A stretch of DNA of 64,000 bases, from the NCBI GenBank assembly GCA_965214095.1, contig OZ243938.1, forward strand, positions 192,001 to 256,000, given 5' to 3'. Every line of letters starts with the position of its first letter. Position 1 is the first letter of the stretch. The DNA is from Candidatus Poribacteria bacterium (GTDB taxonomy: Bacteria > Poribacteria > WGA-4E > WGA-3G). The notes under the pieces are model-generated. The model did no database searches. It saw only the letters and a program-made list of their open reading frames with translations, and was not told where the DNA came from. The position numbers were made by a program, and so were the translations under genes. Shown here piece by piece: positions 1 to 9,746 of the stretch.

Positions 1-1
1 T

Positions 2-517
2 ACTGTTGATGTAAAAAATACGATAATTACACATGATGCGGGGAGTCCTCGTGATCAACTCTCCCCTTTCTGGCAATGTGAAACACCGTTATCATATATC
101 GGATGGGGTAAAACAACTCAACTTGGATATGGCCTTGGACTGGCAATGGGTGCAAAACTTGCAAAACCGGATGCTCTCTGTGTGAATGTGTGGGGAGATG
201 CAGCAATCGGATTCACAGGAATGGACTTTGAGACTGCAGTGCGGGAAAGAATACCGATACTCTCTGTCCTTTTCAACAATTTTTCAATGGCTATTGAGAT
301 ACCAATTATGCAAGTGTCCACTGAGAAATACCGCAGCACTGATATATCTGGACATTACGCAGATATGGCAAAAGCATTCGGTGGATACGGTGAACGTGTT
401 GAAACACCTGACCAAATTATTCCAGCAATTCAACGTGGAATTCAAAAAACGCAGGAAGGAGTTCCTGCATTGCTTGAGTTTATCACGGCAAAAGAGATTG
501 AGATTTCAAAGTTCTAA
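2..517 (+). CDS. Thiamine-pyrophosphate-binding enzyme (acetolactate synthase-like), 5'-truncated by the window edge
   Basis: Frame open from base 2 (TVDVKNTIITHDAGSPRDQL...LGYGLGLAMGAK); TPP motif GDAA...NN. Confidence 0.85.
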   Translation, partial: TVDVKNTIITHDAGSPRDQLSPFWQCETPLSYIGWGKTTQLGYGLGLAMGAKLAKPDALCVNVWGDAAIGFTGMDFETAVRERIPILSVLFNNFSMAIEIPIMQVSTEKYRSTDISGHYADMAKAFGGYGERVETPDQIIPAIQRGIQKTQEGVPALLEFITAKEIEISKF

Positions 518-539
518 GGCAACTATAAAGGAGTTAGAA

Positions 540-1310
540 ATGAAGAGTTCTATTGTTTTAATACTGATTGTCCTAATCATGAGTCCGTATGTTTGGGCAA
601 TAAAGGATGATAAAGACTTGATGTTGTATCTTCCTTTTGATGAGGGAAATGGTAACACAGCGATGGATGCAAGTGGGAATGACCTTGAAGCAGTGTTACA
701 TGGAGCAACTTGGTCTGAAGATGGAAAGATTGGTGGTTGTGTACATCTCACTGATACTGGGAAGTACGTAGAAATAGAATCCGTTCCTGAACTTGATATC
801 ACAGATGAAATCACGATACAAGCATGGTTTCTCCCTGAACAGGATCAAGCAGATTCTAACCTAATGGGGCGCAGGCTGCCTGGCAATACTGGAGGCTATT
901 GTCTCCAATGGAGTTCTGATCCTACCGGTTCACCGCAAATTGAAACGTGGATGAATGTCGGTGGTGGTTGGCAAGGTTCTCGTAATAAACAGACTATCAA
1001 ACCTGAGCTAATGGAATGGCATCACGTTTCTTCTACCTTTGATGGAGATATGATACGTCAATATATTGATGGTGAGTTAGACACTGAATGGAAACCACCC
1101 GGTAATGAACTTTTCAGTGTTGATATTGTCTTCAGAATAGGTAAATCCCAAACTCCACTCGGTGGTACGGTATGTCTTGTTGATGAGGTAGCGATTTACA
1201 GTCGTGCCCTTACAGAAGATGAAATAAAAAGTGATATGAACAACGGTGTATTCTTTGATGTGTCACCGAGAGAAAAATTGGCAACCACTTGGGCAAATTT
1301 AAAAAGATAA
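540..1310 (+). CDS. Secreted LamG-like jellyroll protein with C-terminal TTW tail
   Basis: SD AAGGAG before ATG at 540; signal peptide; LYLPFDEGxG, WHHV..TFDG, DEVAIYSRAL motifs; ends VSPREKLATTWANLKR. The ORF-track start at 186 is an overlap artefact. Confidence 0.85.
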   Translation: MKSSIVLILIVLIMSPYVWAIKDDKDLMLYLPFDEGNGNTAMDASGNDLEAVLHGATWSEDGKIGGCVHLTDTGKYVEIESVPELDITDEITIQAWFLPEQDQADSNLMGRRLPGNTGGYCLQWSSDPTGSPQIETWMNVGGGWQGSRNKQTIKPELMEWHHVSSTFDGDMIRQYIDGELDTEWKPPGNELFSVDIVFRIGKSQTPLGGTVCLVDEVAIYSRALTEDEIKSDMNNGVFFDVSPREKLATTWANLKR

Positions 1311-1395
1311 TTTAACTTAACGCTAAAACTAATGTGTATACAATCGTCTCTAAATGTCTTCAACGAATCAAGATTTATTTACAGGAGGAATTGTA

Positions 1396-2184
1396 ATGAA
1401 ATCTCAGAGATTTTTAATCCTAAGCACTATTCTCATCCTGTTTTTCTGTCAAGTTGTCTATGCAGCTGGTGGGAAAGGTAACGTTGACCAACTTGGTAAA
1501 AAGATATATGTTTGGCATTTTGACGAAGGTGCTGGAAATCAAACTAAAGATGCAACTGCGGGTTTAGTTGGAGAATTAAATGGTGATATTGAGTGGACTG
1601 ATGGAATCCTCGGTAAAGCTGTACAAATGGATGGCACAGCTGGAGATGCCGAATACATTGAGGTCGAACACTCTAATGAAATAGATATAGACAAGGCGAT
1701 TACAATGATGGCATGGGTTTATATTGATGAATTTCCAGTCGGTCCGCAAGAGAACAAGAATACCATATTTTATAAAAACACATATTATCTACAAATTGAA
1801 CCTGGTGCAGGTCAGCTTGCATATTATTTCTATGATACCGATAATGAAGGTTATCATATTTCTGACGGCAAATTAACGGTAAAAGAGTGGACCCATGTTG
1901 CAATTGCATGGGATGGAAATGAAGCACGATTTTATATAAATGGAGAACACGATGGTAAGGTCATTCCTCAAAAAGGCACTGGTAGAAGTTCACCAGATAA
2001 AGTATTACGGTTTGGTGGAGAAAACAACGCGTGTTGTCCGCGCTTTTTTGTTGGGATAATGGATGAGTTAATGTTAGCAAACTACGCACTTTCTGCTGCT
2101 GAAATCCAGAGAATTGTCAACGATACGCTTGATGTTTCTGCAGAAGGAAAAGTTACAACAACATGGGGAAATTTAAAGAAATAA
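1396..2184 (+). CDS. Secreted LamG-like jellyroll protein with C-terminal TTW tail
   Basis: SD AGGAGG before ATG at 1396; signal peptide; WHFDEG, WTHVAIAWDG, MDEL..NYALS; ends VSAEGKVTTTWGNLKK. Confidence 0.85.
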   Translation: MKSQRFLILSTILILFFCQVVYAAGGKGNVDQLGKKIYVWHFDEGAGNQTKDATAGLVGELNGDIEWTDGILGKAVQMDGTAGDAEYIEVEHSNEIDIDKAITMMAWVYIDEFPVGPQENKNTIFYKNTYYLQIEPGAGQLAYYFYDTDNEGYHISDGKLTVKEWTHVAIAWDGNEARFYINGEHDGKVIPQKGTGRSSPDKVLRFGGENNACCPRFFVGIMDELMLANYALSAAEIQRIVNDTLDVSAEGKVTTTWGNLKK

Positions 2185-2216
2185 CCGAATAATTCATTTA
2201 CCGCATAAACAACCTT

Positions 2217-2248
2217 CTATGCCCGATTTAAACAATGATCGGGCATAG
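2217..2248 (+). terminator. Stem-loop downstream of the LamG pair, probable terminator
   Basis: Perfect 11-bp inverted repeat ctatgcccgat / atcgggcatag; weak U-tract. Confidence 0.55.
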
Positions 2249-2288
2249 TTAAGTCACTGCTATAATACAGAATGTAAGGATACATTTA

Positions 2289-3116
2289 ATGAAGTTCAAA
2301 CGTGAAACTATTTTAAACCAATTACGCACTAACATTGATGCAGGCAAACCAATCATCGGTGCGGGTGCAGGAACAGGTATCTCAGCAAAATGTGAAGAAG
2401 CGGGAGGTATAGACTTAATAATCATCTACAACTCAGGTAGATTTCGTATGGCAGGAAGAGGCTCACTTGCGGGTATGATGCCTTACGGAGATGCGAATCA
2501 GATCGTCGTTGAGATGGCAAGTGAAGTACTCCCTGTAGTCAAAAATACTCCCGTTCTTGCTGGTGTCTGTGGTACTGATCCGTTCCGATTGATGGATATT
2601 TTCTTAACCCAAATTGATGCAGTTGGTTTTAGTGGTGTGCAGAACTTCCCAACGGTAGGATTAATTGATGGGACGTTCCGTCAATTACTTGAGGAAACCG
2701 ATATGGGTTACGGTCCGGAAGTTGAGATGATACGCACTGCACACCAAATGAATCTACTGACTACACCGTATGCATTCAACGAGTCTGAAGCAGAACAGAT
2801 GGCGGATGCGGGTGCAGATATTCTTGTTGCACACATGGGTCTCACGACTAAAGGTTCAATCGGTGCGAAAACCGCATTTACTCTTGAAGATGCAGCAAAA
2901 CGTGTTCAAGCAATTCATGACGCAGCAAAAGGGGTGAATCCCGATATATTGGTGATATGCCATGGAGGTCCAATTGCTGAACCTGAAGACGCTACATACA
3001 TCTTGGAAAACACTAAGGGTGTTGTAGGATTCTATGGTGCGTCAAGTGCTGAACGGCTACCTACTGAGCGAGCAATTACAGCTCAGATTGAAGCATTCAA
3101 AAAAATACGATTATAG
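2289..3116 (+). CDS. Phosphoenolpyruvate hydrolase-like TIM-barrel protein (Tm-1-like C-terminal family)
   Basis: [52 protein letters not shown] and CHGGPI motifs. Confidence 0.85.
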   Translation: MKFKRETILNQLRTNIDAGKPIIGAGAGTGISAKCEEAGGIDLIIIYNSGRFRMAGRGSLAGMMPYGDANQIVVEMASEVLPVVKNTPVLAGVCGTDPFRLMDIFLTQIDAVGFSGVQNFPTVGLIDGTFRQLLEETDMGYGPEVEMIRTAHQMNLLTTPYAFNESEAEQMADAGADILVAHMGLTTKGSIGAKTAFTLEDAAKRVQAIHDAAKGVNPDILVICHGGPIAEPEDATYILENTKGVVGFYGASSAERLPTERAITAQIEAFKKIRL

Positions 3117-3149
3117 ATTATTAACTTTTTTCTGAACTGGAGTTAAACT

Positions 3150-3950
3150 ATGACTGATGAAGAAAAATTTAGGTTTGACCTAACTGGTTTTCTTGTGCGT
3201 CCTGCGATTATAAGCAAGGATGAAGTGAATGACATTGTTGACCAACTTGACAGAATTAGAAATGACAAGGAATCTCTTCCCCCAGAACACCGTGCCATTC
3301 CAGGTGGCCCCTCAAGTGTTCTGATTGATCACCCCAAAGTTATTGATGTACTGCACGAAATCATCGGTCCAGACATCCGTATGGAAAGTACATTTTCTGT
3401 ATGGCGCAAAAAAGGCCAGGAACATGGCGGTCTTCACGGTGGCGGACCACGGCAAGGAGATCCAATTTTTGGCTATCGTGTCAATAATGGTAGGATTCAT
3501 GCAGGTATGGTACGTGTCGTGTTTGAATTGACTGATATATCCAAAAATGATGGAGCGACGCATTTTATTGTCGGCAGTCATAAATCAAACTTCCCAATGC
3601 ACCCAGACCACATGTCATTAGAGCAGGACAAACGTAGTCCATATTTAATGACCTATGAGTGTCCTGCTGGTAGTGCCATATTCTTTACAGAGAACCTTTG
3701 TCATGCAGGACCAGTTTGGCAACGTGAAACCCCTCGTATAGCAATACTTAGTGCTTATGCACATCTTGCTACGCATTGGCATCGTCTACGTATTCCACCT
3801 GTCGTTCTGAATGGACTGCCAAAGGAAAAGCAAGCATATTTCCGTCAACCTTGGATCGCTGATTTTCGCACCAGTCCTGCTACACGTAATACAATTGAGC
3901 GGTATATTGAAAAAGATGAACCACCTATCAACACAGACCATAGTCCATAA
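3150..3950 (+). CDS. Phytanoyl-CoA dioxygenase (PhyH)-family Fe/2OG enzyme with HxG motif
   Basis: F.FDLTGFLV start, GATHFIVGSHK, PAGSAIFFTENLCHAG; first ligand motif is LHGGG. Confidence 0.8.
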   Translation: MTDEEKFRFDLTGFLVRPAIISKDEVNDIVDQLDRIRNDKESLPPEHRAIPGGPSSVLIDHPKVIDVLHEIIGPDIRMESTFSVWRKKGQEHGGLHGGGPRQGDPIFGYRVNNGRIHAGMVRVVFELTDISKNDGATHFIVGSHKSNFPMHPDHMSLEQDKRSPYLMTYECPAGSAIFFTENLCHAGPVWQRETPRIAILSAYAHLATHWHRLRIPPVVLNGLPKEKQAYFRQPWIADFRTSPATRNTIERYIEKDEPPINTDHSP

Positions 3951-3969
3951 ACACATCGGTTTAGAATAA

Positions 3970-5091
3970 ATGGCACAAATCAGATTAGAGAACATTGAAA
4001 AGCGATTCGGGGAAGTTGTCGCAGTTAAAGATTTTAACTTGCAGGTAGAAGACCAAGAGTTTGTCGTATTTTTAGGCCCATCGGGTTGCGGTAAGACGAC
4101 AACACTTAGACTAATTGCGGGTTTAGAGCATCCCAGTCAAGGTGATATTCTTATTGATGGCAATCGCGTTAATGATCTATCACCTTCGGACAGGGATATT
4201 GCTTTTGTTTTTCAGTTCTATGCATTATATCCACATCTGAGTGTATATGATAATATTGCATTTCCGCTAAAAGCAGTGAAGGTTGCAAAATCTGAGATAG
4301 ATACGCAGGTAGAAAAGGTTGCTGGAATTCTTCAGATTACTGACATATTGAATCGTAAACCGAGTGTGTTGAGTGGAGGTGAGATGCAACGGGTTGCCCT
4401 CGGACGGGCAATGGTACGTCAGCCAAAAGTTTATCTGCTTGATGAACCGATGGCGAACTTAGATGCCAAACTCCGTATTGACACACGTGCTGAAATCAAA
4501 CGATTGCAACACGAAATTGGTGCTACCACGATATTTGTCACACATGACCAAGTTGAAGCCATGTCTCTTGCTGACCGAATTGCAGTAATACATCAAGGAG
4601 TTCTCCAACAAATCGGAACACCGCATGAAGTCTACAATGAACCAAAAAGTCTTTTCGTTGCAGGATTCATGGGTATGCCGACTATGAATTTGCTTGATGC
4701 AGAAGTGACTTCTCAGGAGGGGACAACCACACTGCAATTGAGCCATACTGCTATATCTATTGCACTTTCATTAGAAAAACAGTCAATATTGAATGAGTCT
4801 GCAGAGGACAACAAATATGTATTTGGCGTGCGGCCAGAACATATAACTGCAAACAAAGAATCCTCGTCTGATGTTAGTATTTCTGCTGATGTGCATCTGA
4901 TTGAACCGCTGGGATCAGTAAATATCCTTGACATGCTTCTCGGTACAAATCAGGAGACGCAAGAACCTATCCTACTCAGAGTTAGAACACACCCTTCATT
5001 CCAAGTTGCTATCGGTGATACAATCTCGTTAGATTTTGATGATGAACACATCCATTTATTTGACCGGGACACAGAACAAGCAATTTGGTAA
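3970..5091 (+). CDS. Sugar ABC transporter ATP-binding protein (MalK/UgpC type)
   Basis: Walker A GPSGCGKT, LSGGEMQR signature, LLDEP, VTHDQ, C-terminal TOBE-like region. Confidence 0.93.
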   Translation: MAQIRLENIEKRFGEVVAVKDFNLQVEDQEFVVFLGPSGCGKTTTLRLIAGLEHPSQGDILIDGNRVNDLSPSDRDIAFVFQFYALYPHLSVYDNIAFPLKAVKVAKSEIDTQVEKVAGILQITDILNRKPSVLSGGEMQRVALGRAMVRQPKVYLLDEPMANLDAKLRIDTRAEIKRLQHEIGATTIFVTHDQVEAMSLADRIAVIHQGVLQQIGTPHEVYNEPKSLFVAGFMGMPTMNLLDAEVTSQEGTTTLQLSHTAISIALSLEKQSILNESAEDNKYVFGVRPEHITANKESSSDVSISADVHLIEPLGSVNILDMLLGTNQETQEPILLRVRTHPSFQVAIGDTISLDFDDEHIHLFDRDTEQAIW

Positions 5092-5115
5092 AAATACCCT
5101 TGAGAAAGAAAATAT

Positions 5116-5916
5116 ATGAAAATACCATGCCGTATGGCAGCATTTGACTTAGATGGCACTTTGTTAAATAGTCATCACCAACTCTCTGATGAAAATCGTA
5201 AAGCCTTAATAGCACTATCCGAAAATGAAATTCTTGTCGTTTTAGTATCTGGTAGAATGCATAGATCCATTTTGCCGATAAGTGATAAGATTGGGTTAAA
5301 AAATCCTATCATTTCATACAATGGTGGGATGGTGAAACATGCAACTACAAACGAGATATATCATCATACACCTGTATCAGCAACAGATGCAAATCAGATT
5401 GTAAATGACTGTATAGAACAGAATTTACATCTAAATTATTGCTGGAATGATGAACTTTATGTAGCAGAAAAGAATGAATGGAGTGATCTGTATGAATTCC
5501 GGACAGGTGTTCCTGCAACGCCTATAGACGACCTGAATTTGATGTCTGACAAATCTCCAACTAAACTTCTGATTATCCATCCTGCAGAACAACTTTTACC
5601 GCTGCTTGAGAGATTTAAATCTAAATATGGAGAGAAACTCTATGTAACACAAACACAACCAGAATACATAGAATTCATGAATCCAGAAGTGACAAAAGGA
5701 AGAGCACTTACAGCACTGGCAAAACAACACAATATACCGATGGAAACTGTTGTTGCTTTCGGTGATAGTTACAACGACGAGAGTCTGCTTAAGACTGCGG
5801 GATTTGGCATAGCAATGGAGAACGCAGTTGATGCGATTAAAGGCTGTTCAGACTATATGACTACATCAAACGATGAAAACGGAGTAGCTAAGGCTATATG
5901 GGAATTAATACTCTAA
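5116..5916 (+). CDS. Cof-type HAD-IIB family hydrolase
   Basis: DLDGTLL, SGR, KGRAL, FGDSYND motifs. Confidence 0.92.
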   Translation: MKIPCRMAAFDLDGTLLNSHHQLSDENRKALIALSENEILVVLVSGRMHRSILPISDKIGLKNPIISYNGGMVKHATTNEIYHHTPVSATDANQIVNDCIEQNLHLNYCWNDELYVAEKNEWSDLYEFRTGVPATPIDDLNLMSDKSPTKLLIIHPAEQLLPLLERFKSKYGEKLYVTQTQPEYIEFMNPEVTKGRALTALAKQHNIPMETVVAFGDSYNDESLLKTAGFGIAMENAVDAIKGCSDYMTTSNDENGVAKAIWELIL

Positions 5917-5963
5917 ATCTACAAGTACTGAAGATAAGTATTCAAAACGTTTCAACTGAAGAA

Positions 5964-6221
5964 TTATCGACGTTTTGCCGCCTCTTGATATGGAAAATCT
6001 GCCATTAGTATGTAGGAATCCCCTTCTCGTTTTATGGACATACTGACAGAGTTCATAGTAAATTCAAAGTATTTCGCCAACACTTCAGTTAATTCAAACT
6101 GTAATTTTTTCATTGAATCCTCGGTAACATCAAACCTATCTTGTGTGAGAATGAGTTTGAGTCGCTGCGTTGCAATATTGCTTGATTTTGATTTACGAGT
6201 AAATAAACTTTTAAAATCCAT
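5964..6221 (-). CDS. minE: Cell division topological specificity factor MinE
   Basis: SSNIATQRLKLILTQDR motif; directly follows minD. Confidence 0.9.
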   Translation of the reverse strand: MDFKSLFTRKSKSSNIATQRLKLILTQDRFDVTEDSMKKLQFELTEVLAKYFEFTMNSVSMSIKREGDSYILMADFPYQEAAKRR

Positions 6222-6234
6222 GATATCCTCTATT

Positions 6235-7026
6235 TTAATTTCTTGAGAACCAGTTCAATATATTGGAAAAAAAGTTTTCTTCTCTCATATCAGGAATTGG
6301 TATACGTTGACCAATCATGCGTCGGGCGATACGCATGTATGCATCAGCACCGGGAGAACCTTCATTATGAACAAGTGGCACTCCGCGATTTGTAGATGCG
6401 ATAACGCCGGCATCTTCAGGCACAACTCCGAGAAGATCAATGTTCAGAATATCAATAACTTCATTCTTACTAATCATATTACCTTTTTTCACAAGTGTTG
6501 GCGACAACCTATTTAGTATCAGACTAATTGGATCTATGTTTTGATTTTGTAGCAATCCAATTATGCGATCTGCATCACGGATTGCGGATACATCTGGTGT
6601 AGTGATTATGATTGCTTCTTCTGCACCAGCGGCAGCATTGTGAAAACCCTGTTCAATTCCTGCCGGTGAGTCTACAAGAACAAAATCATACTCCTCTTTT
6701 AATCTTTCACAGACGTCCTGCATCTGTTCAGGTTTAATATCATCTTTCCTATTTCGTTGTGACGCTGCGAGCAACATCAAATCATCAACTCTTCTATCTT
6801 TTACAAGGGCTTTTTCAAGATCACATCTCTTTTCTATAACATCCATTGATGTAAAGACAACACGACTTTCTAAACCCATAACAACATCAAGATTCCGTAA
6901 CCCGACATCAGCATCAATAATTACCACCGTTTTGCCGATCATTGCTAAAGCGGTTCCCAAATTTGCTGTTGAGGTAGTCTTACCTACTCCCCCTTTTCCA
7001 GAAGTAATCACGATTACTTTACCCAT
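6235..7026 (-). CDS. minD: Septum site-determining ATPase MinD
   Basis: SGKGGVGKTT, DADVGLRNLD, DSPAGIEQGF; C-terminal amphipathic helix FFSNILNWF. Confidence 0.96.
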   Translation of the reverse strand: MGKVIVITSGKGGVGKTTSTANLGTALAMIGKTVVIIDADVGLRNLDVVMGLESRVVFTSMDVIEKRCDLEKALVKDRRVDDLMLLAASQRNRKDDIKPEQMQDVCERLKEEYDFVLVDSPAGIEQGFHNAAAGAEEAIIITTPDVSAIRDADRIIGLLQNQNIDPISLILNRLSPTLVKKGNMISKNEVIDILNIDLLGVVPEDAGVIASTNRGVPLVHNEGSPGADAYMRIARRMIGQRIPIPDMREENFFSNILNWFSRN

Positions 7027-7043
7027 AATCTACCTTCCTTCAT

Positions 7044-7715
7044 TTAGAATTTAATGAATTCTTCTACAATGATAATATCTTCAGCACCTACACGTGCAAT
7101 TTCTGGATATCCTCTCGGTTTCTGTCCTAATGGTGGACGGTTCACATAAGAACCAATTTGTAGTTGCAAAGGAACTAATTCCATAGCAATAATTACAGAT
7201 GATAACCTCCCGTTTGCCCCAGCATGTGCATTGCCGCGTAACGCTCCAAGAACTACAATATCGCCAGATGCAACTACCTCACCACCAGGATTAACATCAC
7301 CATAAATGATAACACTCCCAGTTAAAGAAGAAGTCGTCTGACCTGAGCGAATCGTTTGCCGGACAATCTCTGCATGTGAAAAATCTTGTTGATTGTCAGC
7401 AGGAAGTCCTTGCGGAATATTATGCACTGCAGGTGCAGCCAGAATCGGAGATTCTTCGGTCTCATCAAGGATGTTAACACCACTAACTACCAGATCGTAG
7501 TGTTCTGTCAAATGTGTTTCTAAATCCTTTAGATCATCAGAGGTTAAGGGTGATGTAGACATGTCAATATGGACAGTTGTACCCGCCAAGGGTTGATTCA
7601 TCCCATTTATTAAGTCATGAATTGCTGTCTCTACATCTTTCAGAGAGACTTTCGGTTTGATAATAAGATGCAAACCATCTTTATAACCTCTGAGTTTAAC
7701 GATTGCATTTTCCAT
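7044..7715 (-). CDS. minC: Septum site-determining protein MinC
   Basis: TIRSGQ, GDVNPGGEVVASGDIVVLGALRGNAHAG, PEIA. Confidence 0.93.
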   Translation of the reverse strand: MENAIVKLRGYKDGLHLIIKPKVSLKDVETAIHDLINGMNQPLAGTTVHIDMSTSPLTSDDLKDLETHLTEHYDLVVSGVNILDETEESPILAAPAVHNIPQGLPADNQQDFSHAEIVRQTIRSGQTTSSLTGSVIIYGDVNPGGEVVASGDIVVLGALRGNAHAGANGRLSSVIIAMELVPLQLQIGSYVNRPPLGQKPRGYPEIARVGAEDIIIVEEFIKF

Positions 7716-7766
7716 TTGTCTCTCTCAAGGAACAATATTGTCTTTTGTCAATAAATTATTATTGAA

Positions 7767-9056
7767 TTACGTTTGATCGCTTTTATCCTCAATCTTAGCT
7801 AATACATAAGGACCTTCAGGTATTGCGGCAATCTGAACATCATTACCATACCGTTCTAATATGTCGTCAATTCCATCTTGTGGATTATCCAAAGGATGAA
7901 CAAATAGTTTTGACCGTTGATGATTCGGAATACCATCTGTATAAAAATAGATGTCAGCTTTGCGCGCTACTTTCGCCAACTCCTCCAATTGCCACTGGTC
8001 AATGACGAAATTAGCTGGATTATACAGACCTTCAACAAATGCTGTCAAATCATCAGTCTTGAAGAGCAAGTCAGTAAACGGTTTGCTACCTATTCCTTCA
8101 CTACATTCAGCCACAAGCAGAATACTTCCTCCTTGTTCAACAATTTCAACAGCAGTTAGTAGACCTTTAATCGCCTGATAGAAGGTAGTATCCAACGGGT
8201 ATCCAGCACTTGAAACAACAACCGCATCAACGGGAGCAGGAAGTGTAACTTTCGCCTGACTTTCAACAAACTGTGCCCCCTTAAGATGGGATTCAACCAA
8301 ATCGCCGGCGAAAACACCTGTTATCTGCCGTTTCTTGTCAATAGCAACATTCAGACAAAAGTCAACACCTGCCATTAAGGCTATTTCAGTCGCTTCCTCG
8401 TGAAAAGGATTTCCATCTAAAATACCTACAGCAGATTTTGGATGTTCCATCAACTCAGGACCATGCATAATCTTCATTGTTTCAACCGATGCAAGTCCAG
8501 GACAGACAGCTTTCCGTCCACCAGAATAACCAGCCATCAAATGCGGTTCAATCAAGCCAGTAACTATTTTCAAATCAGCTGCGAGATAAGTGCTATCAAT
8601 ATAGACTGGAGTATCGTTGTTTGTTTTCCCAAGATATGTATGTGTCTCCGATTCTTGTGAAAAATGGTTGACAATTCGGTAGGAATCCATGATGAAACGT
8701 CCAACCATCTCTTCAAGTTCCTTGCCTTCATTGGGACGATGAATACCAGTCGCGATAAGGATTGTGATTTTATCACGAGAAATACCTGATTCTTCAAGAG
8801 TCTTGAGAATAGGTGGGAGTATAATTTTGTTTGGGACAGGACGTGTGATATCTGAAATTACAATGCATGCAGAGTCGCGTCCTACAGCAAGGTTAGCTAA
8901 AGAAGGTGAGGCAATAGGATGTGAAATTGCATCTCGCACAGCACCATCAGTATCATCTAATGGAACCGAAGGTACAGTTTCCAAAATCCCAGCTAAATTA
9001 TTATCTGGAATCTCCACCGTAACAGTACCATGACCATATCTCATATCTACTTGCAT
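7767..9056 (-). CDS. larA: Nickel-pincer-dependent lactate racemase family protein
   Basis: SDITRP, IATGIHR, EPHLMAGYSGGRKAVCPG, YPLD.TFYQAIKG; substrate not determinable. Confidence 0.88.
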   Translation of the reverse strand: MQVDMRYGHGTVTVEIPDNNLAGILETVPSVPLDDTDGAVRDAISHPIASPSLANLAVGRDSACIVISDITRPVPNKIILPPILKTLEESGISRDKITILIATGIHRPNEGKELEEMVGRFIMDSYRIVNHFSQESETHTYLGKTNNDTPVYIDSTYLAADLKIVTGLIEPHLMAGYSGGRKAVCPGLASVETMKIMHGPELMEHPKSAVGILDGNPFHEEATEIALMAGVDFCLNVAIDKKRQITGVFAGDLVESHLKGAQFVESQAKVTLPAPVDAVVVSSAGYPLDTTFYQAIKGLLTAVEIVEQGGSILLVAECSEGIGSKPFTDLLFKTDDLTAFVEGLYNPANFVIDQWQLEELAKVARKADIYFYTDGIPNHQRSKLFVHPLDNPQDGIDDILERYGNDVQIAAIPEGPYVLAKIEDKSDQT

Positions 9057-9159
9057 TTATTTCAATCCTAAATCAATATAACAATATGTTCAAACAATTA
9101 ATTCACTAATGAATAGAGAAATGAAGGATTTGAAAATGGAATTGTGTGAACTAAAATAG

Positions 9160-9188
9160 AGTGTAACACACAACACAGTTAATGTCAA
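9160..9188 (-). promoter_or_regulatory. Sigma70-type promoter for larA(-minCDE)
   Basis: Minus strand TTGACA-17 nt-TACACT with extended TG. Confidence 0.65.
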
Positions 9189-9329
9189 CTTTTTCCTATA
9201 ACATATCTCTGTATCAAACGAAATTTGACTTGAATTTTAACCCACAAAATGTTAAACTTTACTTGTTATTCAATGAATTCACCAACATTTGAGAATAGAA
9301 TATTTCACTCATATACGGAGAATAGAAAC

Positions 9330-9716
9330 ATGCATCGCATTGAAGTCACAACAAAACCAAATGGAGCAGGTCGCAATTGGTTAGAGGTAGGATCTTTTGA
9401 AATAGACTCACTGGGTCGTAAACAGTGGGTTAAGAATAATGTGCCGTATCAAGACCACAAACTAACCGTTGATCGTCAGTATTCTGAACGTGGTGAAACG
9501 ATTGATTGGATCGTGCTTATACCTGAATCCTATCCAAATACTCTTGTGAAGATCACTTATGATAGATTAAACCCAAAAGATCTTGAAATCCTATGGGAAC
9601 CGGGTAATACATCAGATTCTAACGAAAGCCTTGAAAATAAAAAGAAACGAGTTTATGAACTGGCCGCCGAGAATGAAGAACTCTTATCACTACTTAAAGA
9701 ACTACTGCATGATTAA
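9330..9716 (+). CDS. Hypothetical protein with C-terminal coiled segment
   Basis: GGAG SD before ATG 9330; 128-codon ORF; no family recognised. Confidence 0.6.
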   Translation: MHRIEVTTKPNGAGRNWLEVGSFEIDSLGRKQWVKNNVPYQDHKLTVDRQYSERGETIDWIVLIPESYPNTLVKITYDRLNPKDLEILWEPGNTSDSNESLENKKKRVYELAAENEELLSLLKELLHD

Positions 9717-9746
9717 CAGTCGCTTTGCAGTGTAGTAATCTATTTC

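Noticed and set aside
186-539. N-terminal extension of the LamG ORF in the track (also extensions starting at 21039, 36889, 58266 and 63810)
   Set aside because: They overlap adjacent genes or intergenic elements; better SD-linked starts exist downstream
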